A stretch of 64,000 bases of DNA, from the NCBI GenBank assembly GCA_048013815.1, contig CM106585.1:23250001-23314000 (forward strand), in the 5' to 3' direction. Source of the stretch: Setoptus koraiensis. Taxonomy: Eukaryota > Animalia > Arthropoda. A program made the position numbers and the translations under genes. The notes under the pieces were generated by a model. The model saw only the letters and a list, made by a program, of their open reading frames with translations. It was not told the DNA's origin and searched no databases. This document shows positions 24,201 to 38,054 of this stretch, piece after piece. How positions within the stretch are numbered: position 1 is the first letter of the stretch; the number at the start of each line of letters is the position of its first letter.

Positions 24201-27200
24201 TCGGCGCCTTGCCTGGCTGCAGGCGAGCACAAAACGAGGCTTTAGTCTCATAGTGGCCGACCGATGACCAATTCCAGCAGCAATTGAATCAATTCGAATC
24301 AATAGTTCAATTGTACGAGCAAAAGAAGCCAAACAATGGGCAGCACAATCATTGTTGTGATGCTTCTGCATTAAGGGGCCCCAATAATTGACAATTACCA
24401 TTACAGATGGTAGTGTCGTTGTAATATCAGCGATTCAGCTAGTTAGAATCATTGGTGAGAAAAAGGGGCCAGCGCTAGTGGCGAAGCCGAACGAAACCAA
24501 TAACATGCGACCTGATTAACAAATAACTCATCATCGCGCCCTTGATAAAATAATTCAATAACACAATAATAATATAGTACAGATATAAAATAAGAATATA
24601 ACAATAATTGTGATGATCGCACTGGACAACAACAGCGATTGCAACGGCATTTATAGTGTCTGTTTGCTGCTCGTATTTTGCTGCTCGTTGTGTCGACGCT
24701 GTCTGAAAATCAGGGTCTAGTCTAGTGTGAATGATACAGTGCTTTGCAACATCCGGCTAATGGGGCGACAATTAAGTGAGCCTGTCCAACTGGTCAGTCT
24801 CACGTCAATCAGTGCTGCATCTTATCGTCATCCACTGTTGTCTTTCCATTACTCACTGCAGTGATTCGTTGTTTGTTTTCGCTCTCACTCTCTCTCTCTC
24901 TCTCGCTCTCTCTATCGGTTACGCTCCATTTCACTCATACATCTGATACGGCCCAACCGCTGGTCAACACCGGTCCTCTCTCTGACGATTGTCAAACCAA
25001 AAAGAGGCCTCAAAGTATAAGTAGTCTCTTTTTCACTTCAGAGCAAATGCAACGAAAAAAACAAAAAGCAGCAAAAGGACAGCGCACGCTGGCTTGAAAA
25101 TAAAAGCAAAATTGAATTTCATTGTGCCTGCCCATCGTCTGTCCAACAGAATCGTATATTTGCACAGATATCACATCTCATCTCTTGCCTCGAATGATGC
25201 TGCTGGATAATAATGTATCGACAATGTTAATACAAATGTTTGTCACAATTGTCTTTGTTGTCCTTTTTTTCTCTCTTCTCCTCGCTTCGTATTTTGTATT
25301 TCGAACCCATGACAGCACTACTTTGTTGTTGTGTTCACTTCCTCTCGCTTGACACTGTCATACTAACGTTTTACAAAATATATTGACTCAATTCATTCTC
25401 TAGCCTCTGTGGCCTGTTGGCAACTCAATCGATCTTACAATTGCTACAAAGCAAATGACTTGCATTGACATTTGAAATTATTTTACAACACGTTACAGTG
25501 AATTTGTCAGTCTTGTTTTTATTGTTTTGGCGCTCATTTCATCTCATCACTTAATCTGCTTTTGAGAAAATTTATAACAAACTGTCATAGGGTGTCACTT
25601 TTTTGTTTTGTTTCAATTGTCATTGACAGCTCGCACAGTTAGTTAGATTGACACACTTGTTCCTCGTGTCGCTAACACCACAATTTGTTATTGACGCCTC
25701 CACAACACGATTCATCTTGGTAGTTGTGTCGTTGAAGTGCTGACTGCAACTACATATGATGTAATATGTACACTTCAATAGAGCAGATTTAATAAATCAC
25801 ACACATAACAGTACGCATCCTCGATTGAATAATTTTTCTAATTTGTTTGCTCATATCTATTCATTCGCATATCTCCATTGGACACTGTATAGCCAGTAGT
25901 ATCAACATTTGGAAAATCTCTAGTTGCGTACAATTTTCATTTTTTTTCAGCAAAATTTCAGATTCGATCTCAAATTTACGTCCAAAATTCAATTTACAGC
26001 TCACATTCAGCTCGAATTCACAATTGTCAGTTTTATTAATTTCGAGCCCATGCGAGCAATACGATGCACAATTGAGGCGAGATAAGTGACAGATGCGACC
26101 CATCGGCTGCACTATTTTGGGCGACCAAATTCAACAAAAAATGTAAAATGTTCGACATTGGTCTGTTCATATGCTATCCGGTTCGACTTGGCGTTCTTTT
26201 CAATTTAATTCCATGCGAGTAATTAGTTCATTTTACATATTGTTTACAAGCTGCGCATTGAATTCTAACAGCTCATCACAGTTTTTTCTCCGAGATTCCA
26301 GTGACATATGTAAGACAGAACAAGCTGAAAAAGCAACCACTAATTTTTAGCGTCACTACGATATCAACTTGATTATTTAGAGATGGCGCTAGACAGACTA
26401 GCGAACAAATGAAATTTCGGATGGATGGATTTTTGTCTCGATGAGTGGCTTGCATCTAAATTTATAATATAGAAGTGCAGAAGATAAATCGTGAAATTGC
26501 GCGACAAATTGTGTGGCATGTCACAATAATTGTGTTACCAATATTACGTAACAAGCACGTAGTGTGATGGGCATTTGCACCACAACACAAATGAAGACAT
26601 TGTCGATATGTTGCAATCATTAAAAGACAATGGTGTGGCAGACTAACTTAAATCCGAGCAATTTCTCCCAAGAATTGCGAGTGTCAGCACGAAAATAAAT
26701 GAAACGAAACTAAACTCTGCGAGACACTATTAATCCTCGTGTGATGGCCATCAGTTTGTGCCCGAGTCACAAGCTGTTCCGTTTGCCCTTTTTGTTTTGT
26801 GCCTTCGCGAGATACCTCACCGTGTAGCAGCGAAATTTCAAAATGACCTCAATCGACCAATCGATTGTTGAAAGGAAGCCAATGATGGATGCCCGCTCAC
26901 TCACTTGCTCGCCGACGAACTCCGGAGCTTAAAGAGATATCGTTGACGCGCATTTGAGGTGAAAATTTCGCCGTTGGTGCAAAGATTTTGTTTTCGCTTT
27001 GTGTTCGCTTTGTTTCAGGGGGGTGGGCGCCAACTTGGTCAGAGGCTCGAGAAATCAGGAAAATAGGAGGGCGCGCTCTCGCCGCTGCAAAGTGTCCATT
27101 GTGGTACTCTGTTTGTGTTTGGTTGATATAAAAGTATCTTTTTGCCTCTTTTCGGGCTCTCAACAGTGAGATAAGTCGCGTTTAAATGAAAATTGGAGCA

Positions 27201-27283
27201 AGCGCGGGCCGATACGGCGTTCGCTGGATGCAGCCAGTTCGGTGCATCCAACGAACGCATCATTAGAAGATTCGCTTTAGAGT

Positions 27284-27335
27284 GTTGCCGTTGTTGTTGC
27301 TGTTGCTGTTGTTGTTGCTGTTGCTGTTGTTGTTG
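27284..27335. repeat. (TGT/TGC)n microsatellite
   Basis: Directly visible. Confidence 0.9.
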
Positions 27336-29518
27336 CAGAAATGGTTTAGACGCAAGCCACGCTGAATGCGACTTGCGCTGTCTGGTTGCGCTAGCTCTCA
27401 AATCTGGTTGAGTGTGCCCCTTCGAAACAAAGAAACAACAACCAGCAGACAGACAGATTAGAGCGAAGGAATGAGCGAAAGAATTTGCGAAAGAATTCTT
27501 TCTTTTGCAATACAAACAACGGCCAGACAGTTGTTGCAAACAAACAGAGAATTTGCAAACTCTTGCCATTGTTTTGGAGAAAACTTTGCTTTGTGTTGCT
27601 TCCTTTTTTTTGTCTTTGTTTCGGCTTCGCTCGCTTACTCTTGGCCCGTTTGATCTCATGTGATCTCATTAATATTGGATCATCATCATCATCAACTACC
27701 ACTAACCAGCATCCATGCTTGCCGCTGTGAGCGATCTGGTGCTCTCGAGCCCGGCTCAATTCTGTCACTTTCACACTGTTTTAAGCTGTTGTTGTTACAT
27801 TGCAAATGAGCCAACCAGCAACAAAGAGCCACCCTTTGTCAAGCATACATCATAGCGTTTAGCGAGATTGGTGGGCCCACTTTGTCAGCTTTTATCTGGG
27901 TATCTCGGTGGGTATGCCGGGCATGTTGGTGAGTGGGTACTGGTTGTGATGTAGTAGGCTACAAACAGATGATGCAATGCGATTTGCCAACTAGCAAGTC
28001 CCACGACAGCAGCACCAGCAACGACAACAACAACAACAACAACAGCGGCAACAGCAGCGACGACGACGACGACGATCTAAAGTAGACACACAATTTAATT
28101 GAATTCATCGCAACGCGGTTCCGTATAAATATATACGTGCAGCAAATAGCGCCGTTATATGCAAATTGAGGCCCATGAAAAATTATCCTAGCCTCTGGTG
28201 CGTGCCTATTGGAACGATTTTGCTCTGCTTGTGAGCCGCGCTGGCTGAGCTAAACAAACTCAATAATAATAAACACCATATTTGCACAACAGCCAGCCGG
28301 CCAGCCAAGCGACGAGCCGGTGTTCGTCTCGAACAGGTGTAGTAACGGATGGTTAAACTCGTGTATAAATGCGAGCAACTTTATTGTGTTCAATTTGATA
28401 TTTTATCAATTGAATCGCCTCTAACCAACATGTCAACTCAATGCGTCACCCAACAAAACTACTATTTCTCCTCTACCTAAATACATATAGGTATTCTGTT
28501 CTTTGCCTCGGGCTAGCTCGCAAGCATCATCGCTAACATAATCATCGTGTTAGCTATAATGTAACGTATTTAGTTATGTAATAAGCAACTGTTCAGTCAG
28601 TTTTGAAACATATTTTGACATGTTCACACAAACACGGCGCTTCTAATCATGTATACATAATGATGTTATAAATTGAGCACCGCCACTGCGACTGCTTAGA
28701 CAATTCTTGCTCATTTGGCACTCACGTAGCGCTTGTTTGATGGGCCCAATATTCATTTATCGTCACCATTTTAGCATTCTCACTTAACTCGTGCGCCATT
28801 TCGTGGTCGTTGTGACTCAACTGCAACGCAACACATTTAAATATCGGGATATTTGAATCTGGATATGCTGTTATCTCTGTTTAACTGCTTTAATATTTGC
28901 ACTCTCTCCCTCGATTCTTTTATGCTTATCCATTTGTGCAGGCCGCTGTAGCCGTAGATTGTTGACCATATCAAATATATCGCTATTGGCTGGCGCCGAG
29001 TGAGTCGCCAGAGGATGTCATCGGATCATATTATCATTAATCATTTCTGGTCACAGTGTTTCTTTGGGACGATGTAATGGATCACTGATGTGCGCCATTC
29101 AAATACACACACACACACAAACAAACGACAGCACGAGAAACGAAAATACAAGAGAAGAGATAACAAGAGAAGAGAAACGATAATAAGACATCATTGGCAA
29201 CAATTTGCAAACATTTGGATCATCATTACCAGCCATCGTGAGCTGAATAGGCGGCCGGCGAGTTCAGTTTTGTTCTTGCCCATGGATCGCAACAGATATC
29301 GTTATGGTGGATATTGTTTGTTGGGCATTAAATTGAAAAATATTGATCAAAATATCTCATAACGTTGTATATAAACATTGGAAAACATTGCCAGTTTCAT
29401 CGGTTGCATTATACGGTGGCTCGCTTTTTCTGTTGTAATGTGTGATGTGTTGCATCGACAACCAGTTATCACATACGATAATAACTCCAATGGCCTAACC
29501 AGATATATGACAAGATAA

Positions 29519-29528
29519 CACACACACA

Positions 29529-29569
<41 letters not shown>
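29519..29569. repeat. (CA)n microsatellite just upstream of the kek ORF
   Basis: Directly visible. Confidence 0.95.
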
Positions 29570-29571
<2 letters not shown>

Positions 29572-29606
29572 TTGGAATAGGACGTACGAGCTAGCCAGTA
29601 CCATTA

Positions 29607-32600
29607 ATGGGCCTGCAAACAACAACATTAGATAGAGTGGTGGCGAGCCAGTCGTGGTCGCGCTGCCATTACTACCGATCCAAACGAGTTACAGCGCCCC
29701 ATGACGGCCCGAGAGGCAAAAATAAAAAATTCACTACCGAAACAAGTCAGTTAACCAGTCCAGTCTTGTTAGAAAGAAGTAACAAGGCCGCCGCAAGAGA
29801 GCGCTTGGCTCAATTGAATTTAGACGAAATCGCACCAGAATTAATGCGCCAGCATGGCGATCATTATGGCGGCGATCAGCAGAAGGGGGCCCGCGACGCC
29901 AACGACAACACCAACACCAACAGCAACAGCAGCAACAACAGTGGCAACAACAACAGCAACAACAACAGCAACAACAACATTGCTGGCGTTGGCAAGCGAG
30001 CGCGCAAGGAATCGAGCAGCGGCACGTCTTCATTAGCGATTGTTAGGTTGCAAAATGATGATGATCTCATTACAAGTCAGTTGGTGGCACAACAAATAAA
30101 AGTGACCACAAGTTTGTTGGCGGCGCAACCGCCGGCCAGCACCCAAACCGGTCATGCTAGTCATGTAAAAGAAAGAAGCGATTGTGATCAATGGTGTTAC
30201 GCCATTAGAAATAGAAGAAATAGTTTAGCGACGAGTTGTTGTTGTTGCCGTTGTTGCTGGTGTTGTTGTTCATACAACAACAGCGAGCAACAAGATAAGA
30301 ATAATGGACACTCATTTGATTTATTTTTAAATTTGAAACGAGCGCCATCAAAAAGTTGCCACTGGCCAATTCTGGCCGGTTACAGTTGCTGCTACAACAA
30401 CAACAACAACAACGACAACAGTAGCACCAGCAGCAGTATAATGACACAACAACACCAGCAGCCCACAACAATGCGCCAACAAAGGACACTAGCAACCAAA
30501 TCAGTGGCTAACATGGTCAACCGGCCGCGTGAGCCGGATGCCGGCCAACAGGAAGAGACGCCTCGAAGAAAAAGAAAAAAAGACGCGCCAGGCGAGCATC
30601 AGAGCAGTAGCAGCAGCAGCGATGTTACAGCAACTCGCTTGTTTGACAGTTACAATGGAGTTACGACGCTCACCAGCGCCACCAGTGCCACTAACAGCAT
30701 TAACGACAACGACGACGAGATAAGTTCATTTCGAGCCGACTATAGCGACGTTCGCGACTTTATTCGCCTGCGACACCAGCGACAACTGGCCAGCGCGAGT
30801 CGCTGCCGTCCAGCTGGCCCAATTGGTGACAGCAGCAGCATCATCTACTTGTGTCACTGTGTATTGCATGTTATGCTCATGTTGCAAATCACCACCAACA
30901 GTGTTCGTGTTGTCGCGGGCAATAATGATTGCCGGCGTTGCCCGAACTGTTCAGTTGATTCAGTTGGTGGCCTCAGCGATCAAGTGATATCAATCTCGGC
31001 GTGTCCATTGTATCAGCCTGGCCAATTTATGTTTGCTGGCCAACATAAATGGCCCCCTGTTGTTGTTGTTGTTGTTGCTGTTGCTGTTGTTGTGGCCGCT
31101 GTTGCTGTTGTAGCAGCAGTGTGTCCAATTGGCAGCAACAAAAAGAAACACTGTTATTGTTGTCCGACGATAATTCGCAATCACTTTATCGATTGTCACA
31201 GCAGACATAAACATGCCACTGGTAAACAAAGAGATAATGGTGACAGCGAGGCCACAATTAAAATCGACGCACAACTGCCTCCCTTCCAGCACCAGCAACA
31301 ACAACAACTACTAAAGCAACGACAACTGCAGCAACAACAACAAAAGCGACAGCAACAACGACAGCCCGCTCGCCGTTGCTCTGGCGGCGTTATCGTGAGC
31401 CCAACAACGAGTGTTGCCTCGATTTATCCTTCAAGTTATCATTATTACGCAACAGCATTAGTGAGATTAACGGGCGCAAATGATGATGGCAAAATTAACG
31501 GTCAAGCGGCCTCATGTCGCAATCATATTGTTCACGTAGAAAACTTGCCACTTAGGATAGGATTACAAATAGACAATAAAAAGCGGAGCAGCATTGGTTG
31601 TTGTTATCATTACAACGACAACAACAGTGCCTTGCTCACAACGATAATTACCCGACATTACAAGTGGCTAAACCGTCCCAATCAACCACTGATATTGGCA
31701 ATTCACTATTGGTCAGTTGCGCAGCGAGACAGTGATAGCAACAACAGCAGCAGCAACAACAGCAGCGGCAACAACAACGACAACAACAGAAGCAACAACA
31801 ACCGTCCATATGCGACACTGAACGATACGATTGTTGTGCAGCGATTGATTTTTAAGCGCCGTCTCGGCAACGAGCGACCATCTTTCAATGATATTGCTTG
31901 TAACATTTCAGACTGTGTCATGAGTGTCGGACATTGTTGCACTGGTTACAATCTGGTTCGTGCGAAACGACCAAATAACCCCGAATTTGTTATGAGAGGA
32001 ATGGTGGAAAAAGTTTCGTTTGCGATAATTGCCAGTGCAACGTTGATTGTGTTTGCGATAAAAGTAATAGCAACATCGCCAGAGAAAGTAACGGCAACAG
32101 CAACAGCAACAGCTCCAGCAAAAGCAACGGCAACATCGCCAGAGAGGCCCCGACCAAAGAATTCTTCACAACTCTATGTATTGTTCAATGTTGATGAATT
32201 GCTAATGTTGCCGCTGTTACCATTTGTCCACTGCCACAACAACAACAACAACAATTGCGCGCGTTGTTGTTTTATCTCCATTGAGGCCACTACAAACCAT
32301 TTGTGCATTTCATTAGCCACCACTGTCACACTGCGCCAGACTGCAACTAGATTACGGGTGATGCACACGACAACAACGGCACCAACAACAACAGCGACGA
32401 CAACAGCGACGACAACAGCGACAACAACAACGCCAACAACAACCAGCCAAACTCGTGCAATTGGTAGGCACAGAATAAGCGCGCCTGCTGATCAGAGAAC
32501 AATTACGCCACTGGCAACAATGGTAATGGCAAACAGTAGTAAAGTGGCGCCGCCATCGGCCAATGTAAAACAAACGCCGATGAAGTGTCAGTTATCAAGT

Positions 32601-35600
32601 CATCCGACTGCGTTGCGCAATATCCGCTACAATGGCCCCAACTGGTCAGCTAAACAAGACGACGACGGCGACGACGAGCAGCAAATGCGACAGAAGCGCC
32701 ATCGCAATGTCGCTCGCATACGTAGACGGAATAAATTGTGCAAAGTGACCATTGTTGCGCAACAGCAGCAACAACAACAGCACCAACAACAGCACCAACA
32801 ACAGCACCAACAACAACAGCGCCAACAACCACAGCCGAGTGGGCCTGTGTGGCGATGGCACTGCTGTGCAAGTTTGCACCAGTTGGCGGCGAGCATTAGA
32901 TATGGTCAGCAGCATCGCCATCATTATCAGTGCGACTATCAGTGTTGGGGGGATTATTCAAGCCAGCAAGCGGGCCAGTTAAACGACAATTTCAAATTGG
33001 TCCCATTGGCCTCGTTGGGCCCCATTGACCAGTGGTTGCTATTCACTTTTTTCATTGTGTTGTTGCTAGTGTCGGCGCTGCAGCTTGCAACAATGACAAA
33101 TTACATGGTGGTGATTTGTTGTTGTTGTTGCTGTTGTTGCTATTGTTGTTATGTCTCATGTTGGCGCATTTCATCGCGCCCGTTCTGCTCGCGACACTTG
33201 AAGTATCTGAAAAACTGTCCCAAAACTACAAGTGAAACAAGTGATTGTGTTGAAAAACTACAATTGATGCGATTGGTCAAAAATGCTGATATAACGATTG
33301 TGATTTTAGTTGCCTTTGCCACACAAAACAACAAACTCAATGGTGCAAGAGATAACAACAAAGGTAATATTGACATGCTGATGAGCGTATCGCTAACATG
33401 TCGTCAGCGCAAGAGCCAACAACAAAAATCAACGCCAACAACAGCAACCATGCAGCGGGCTGGCAAGCTTGCGCGTGCCAGTGCAGCTCGTGACAGCTCG
33501 TGCGATACCGTTACACAAACCGTTGCAGAGATTACGGGACAATACAAACAACAAAACAAACAAATGTTTAATGGAATATTGGCCACTCAAACAACAACGA
33601 CAAGCAATCACTGTCAACTGTCCAAGACAATTACAATCTATTTGTTGTTATTCTATTTTTTATCTCTGTTGGCCACAACAAACAATTGCCAATGTCAAAC
33701 ATACAACAATATAGTTTTTCTCGACCAGCTGACTACTAATGACCAACTGGCCAATAATGACCAACTGTCCAATAATAATGCCCAATTGCCCAATAACGGC
33801 CATTTGCCCGAGGGACAAATGAGACAACAGCCCACAACAGAGACCACCACACCAGCCAGCGGCCAACAACACAACCAACTGCACAACAAGCACCACCAAT
33901 GGAAGCAACTGCAACAACCAACCAATAAATCACCATTAAACATTGCAATTGGGGCCCCATCACACACTGTGAATGCATCATTTTCTGAGGGGCTGGCGAT
34001 CGTGCAAGAGCAAGCAAAAGCGCGCGTTGTTTGGTCAAGCAGAGCAGCATCACTAATCGAGTCGGACAAAGATGCAAACAGCTATGGACAGATAGTTGAC
34101 AATTCGAGTCACAAGCAATTTGTGCACGACAACAACAATACAGCTCAATGTTATTGGCTGATAGCTGAACAACCACGCGACAACAACACCGTTATCAGTG
34201 CCAATGATGGTTGCCATGCGATCGGTGACGAGAAGGTGCAATTGGGCTCATCATTGGTGCCCTTGGCACAATTAATTGTTCAATTATGCAATAAATGTGC
34301 CCAAGAGCAACTCGTGAGAAACGCAACCAGCAGTAACAACAACAACAACAACAACAACAACAACGACGACGGCAACAACGACGACAACAACAGCGACAAC
34401 AACGGCAACAACAACAACGACGGCAACAACAACAACAGCGACGGTGCGACCGTGCCAGTCGCCGATAAAACAAACCGGAAAAGATCGACAACCGGCGAGA
34501 AATCATTCGAGTTTGAGTCACTTCTTCGACATTACGTAAGCGGAACAGCGACAAACACAGGCCAAAAAGAACGGGTTAAAAGTGGCAACACAAAACAAAA
34601 CAACGACAGCGCCGTGATTTGTGTTGTTATGGTTGTATCAAAACAACATCAAAAATGCATCTATGTATCCATTGGTACTGGACAGAATGACACCAAACTT
34701 ATTGATGAAACTGCTGTGAGGCGCCACCAGAGAGTTAGAGCACTAATTGAAAGTGGGCCAAAATCAGCCACTAACGAGTTGCTGACCAATTTGCTGCAAC
34801 AAGCCACGACTCTTAGCAGCAGAAGCAGCGGGCATGGTTATCGTGATTTGCATGACTACACTCAGGCTGTGCCAGTTGATGGGGCCCTCAGTGGGCCTCA
34901 CATCGATGGCTGGCTAGCCAGTGAACTCGAAAATTCAACTGAGCTCTGGCTGAGGGCGCATTTCAGCGCCAGCGATGGCGCTAGTGGCAGCGCCAGTTGT
35001 GATAGATTGTGCTACCGTGTTTGCTGTTTCTTTTCACCTGATCAAGCGAATCAATCAAACAGCAATATAATTAAGTCTGTTACAGCTAATCATGTAACGA
35101 TCAATTTGTTTGTGTCGCCGTTGCTTGCATCATCGTTGCCTTATTATCATTGGCCGGTGACGGCAGCACGGCGCACAATATTGTCCACGTCTGCACGTGC
35201 TGCTACGACAACTACTAACCAGGAAACCAACTATCACCACACTGCTACTGCTGCCACCACCAAAGACACTACATCTACCAAAAATTCCGCACACACTGCA
35301 TTCGGTGCAAAGAGCGAGCGGCATATAGGACAGCGTCTCAAGCGACCACATCGGGCCAACGATGTACGTGTTTCTCTAGTCACTTCCGGTCAACATGACA
35401 CTACTTCCGTTTCAAATCATGCCAAAGCTAAATTGAGGCCATGGGTGATGGGCTGGAATGGCCGGCAGTGGCAGTGGCAGTGGCAGCTTGCTCCCCTAAG
35501 TCAGCACCGGAGAGTCACAAGATCGGCTGTGTCAGCGGGACATCGCTCAAATAAGCAGCTAGTTAAACAGAATCGTTTGCGAGACACAACGACGTCCACC

Positions 35601-35893
35601 TCTAATTGTCCCAGTTATTGCAATTGTGTTTGGAAGAGCGGAAAGTTGTCAGCTGATTGCTCAAATAATATATTGGCTTTACGGGCACAACAACCAACAA
35701 CAACAAGCTCAAATTTAACTACAACTGCCAACTACCAGCGCCAACAACTAGCAACAACAGCCAGCATTATTCCGGACAATCTTGACCAATTAACGCAAAT
35801 AATGAATCTAACACAAAACCATTATCCGCTGCTCGGTATAAGTGCCTTTTCCGCCAAGGGCTACATTCATTTGCAGCGTATCTACTTGTCCAG
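29607..35893 (+). CDS. kek: Kekkon-family LRR-Ig receptor, coding exon 1 (long low-complexity N-terminus, LRR-NT, LRR1-2); true start uncertain (29607 or 33564)
   Basis: The 3' end encodes CPSYCNCVWKSGKLSADC..IPDNLDQLTQIMNLTQN..HLQRIYLSR, the Kekkon LRR-NT/LRR signature. It ends at an AG|GTGAGT phase-2 donor. Confidence is high for the 3' part and lower for the 5' part. Confidence 0.75.
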
Positions 35894-36375
35894 GTGAGTG
35901 GCGCCCACTATTACTCATACAACTAATCTGACGTCGTTTGTGATAGACATGTGAGATATGTGAGGCCGGACTCTATTGTTTTAGCTCGAACACGTTCATT
36001 ATTGGCGCCCCAATGAGCGGCCCCAAGCGGCCGAAATCCTCGCCTTAGGCACAATGTGCGCATTTTGGGTTGTTGCTGCTACAGCAGCAGCAACAATTGC
36101 AATTCGCCATTGATAAGTGGATATCAGACACTCGCAGCTATGGCGCCATTGTGGTGCTATATGGCGCTGCCTGGCGAACGGTGCTGCAAAAACACGTGGC
36201 AAGAGCACGTCCTCCTCGAGGCCTCCAATCTGATTCAATTAGGCAATCAATCTCTCCGGCATGAACTAGATGATGTTGCGCGTGTGTGACTAGTGACTTA
36301 TTTGCAAGCCAGCGCGCGCATATCGGCTAGCTGCAGTTGATCCATTTAAGTGAGTGACGCCTCTCAAGAGGCCAC

Positions 36376-36445
36376 CCATACCCCCATACAGCCATACCCC
36401 CATACAGCCATACCCCCATACAGCCATACCCCCATACAACCATAC
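36376..36445. repeat. 16-nt minisatellite (GCCATACCCCCATACA) x about 4
   Basis: Tandem copies are visible in kek intron 1. Confidence 0.9.
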
Positions 36446-37479
36446 GATCATGCAGCCAAAGATCCGTGGGCCACATAGCGACGTTCGCGCACTTGAGAAA
36501 TTCACAATGAGAATATCAGTTACGTAATGCGCGTACACGCTGTCTAGTGTGGGCGGTGTTTGATTTTTGCCGTCGTTCAGGTTTTTTTTTTTATCAGGCC
36601 TCGCTCGCTGGATCGTTGACTGGCTCGTTAGTTGGCGTTGTTGTTGCTGTTGTTTTCGCTGATGGTTTGCCCCCACTAACGATAGCTGCGCGCGTTCTGT
36701 GCTGATGGGGTCGTGACGCGAGCAGATTATCCGCACTGCCAGCAGATAATGCAGCAACATCAACAACGGCCGGCCGGCCGGCCTCGATTGGCCTCACATC
36801 ATCGCATGTATGAGCGTATGTGGGCGCGTATTGCGCCAACATGCAGTTGTGTACATTGAGGTCAGCTCACTTTCATTCTTGGTATATACTTAGAATTTAT
36901 TCAGGCGAGCACGATATTGATGCGCATAAAGTTATTAGTGGGGCACAGTTGAAAGTTGCAAGTTATAAAAAGACACACAACATCAGTGATTATCAATGAA
37001 TTAGTGGCGGATCTGTTTGTGTGCGCCCCAATCAATTTCTGTGCGGATAAAACTGTGTGAGCGGATAAAATAAAATTGAAAGAAAAAAAAAAATAGCAGG
37101 CATAGAAAAAAGTTTTACCAGCCGCCAGCTGCCTAATAAGTTGGTGTATGTATAGTTGGCGGCTTATAGCCGCTGGCTGAACTTCATCGTATCATTTTAA
37201 ATTAATATCAGCTGGCAGTGCAAGCAATCATCAACTGTATTTAGTTGGTCGCTAATTAATCTATGAGAACTATTAAATCGAACAACATCCTTAGCTCCAT
37301 CTCACAAAACAACATTTTGTCTTCGGATAACAGATGCCGTGGCTATTAACAAATACTCAGCTGACAAGCCATTAGAGTCCGGCGACAACTGTGAGACGAT
37401 CGAGCAGTTATTCTAATGCAATCTCGAGATAAACAATTAGTAGATAACTTATCTTCGGTATCATTCAATAACTATCAGT

Positions 37480-38000
37480 GAGAACAGAAACGATTTTCGT
37501 GAAATTCGAACGTCGGATTCTTCGGTTTTTGCTCGTGGAATCGGGTATCCAGATCATTTTGGAACAGTTTTGGGTTTTTTCGAATCACAAAAGACCGAGT
37601 CAACTGTGCCCATTCTCATCTAGCTGAGGCGTGGTATGGAAGACTCCAGAAAAAGTCAACCGATTTTTCGGGTTGTATGACAGTGTGGTGTGACAGGTGT
37701 GTGACACGAAAGGGCGAAACTGGGTGATTTGGGTACATTTGAAAGGCTCCAAATGATGCATTCAGATAGGCCTAAGTGAACTATTGGCACTATTGGCTTA
37801 AGTGTGAAATCTCAGATTTGTTTTATCACCAGAAAAATTTCTAGCCAGCTCTGTTGTCGTAAACAATTGTCAGCTGCTCATCAATGCACTTATTCATGAT
37901 AGGTGTGGTGCCAACTTTCAACCAAAAAGGAGATGTGTTTTCGTCCGAAATATTCTCAACACTGATATTGAAATCGTGGACAATGCAACTTGCTATAAAA
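37480..38000. mobile_element. Probable non-autonomous DNA-transposon relic in kek intron 1
   Basis: The sequence style differs from the flanking intron (T/A runs, no microsatellites, CATTTGAAAG motif). It shares 18/19 nt (37950-37968) with the hairpin arm at 10383-10401. No transposase or TSD was identified. Confidence 0.3.
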
Positions 38001-38054
38001 GCGTCTCAATTTGTGTTTGCATCTCTGTTTTCTGTATTATCCGTGTTACATTAG

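Noticed and set aside
23741-24232. 163-aa minus-strand ORF
   Set aside because: CTG start, no domain and no supporting splice structure.
27039-27774. Overlapping ORFs up to 206 aa
   Set aside because: Microsatellite-driven and open in several frames. Probably the kek 5'UTR or promoter.
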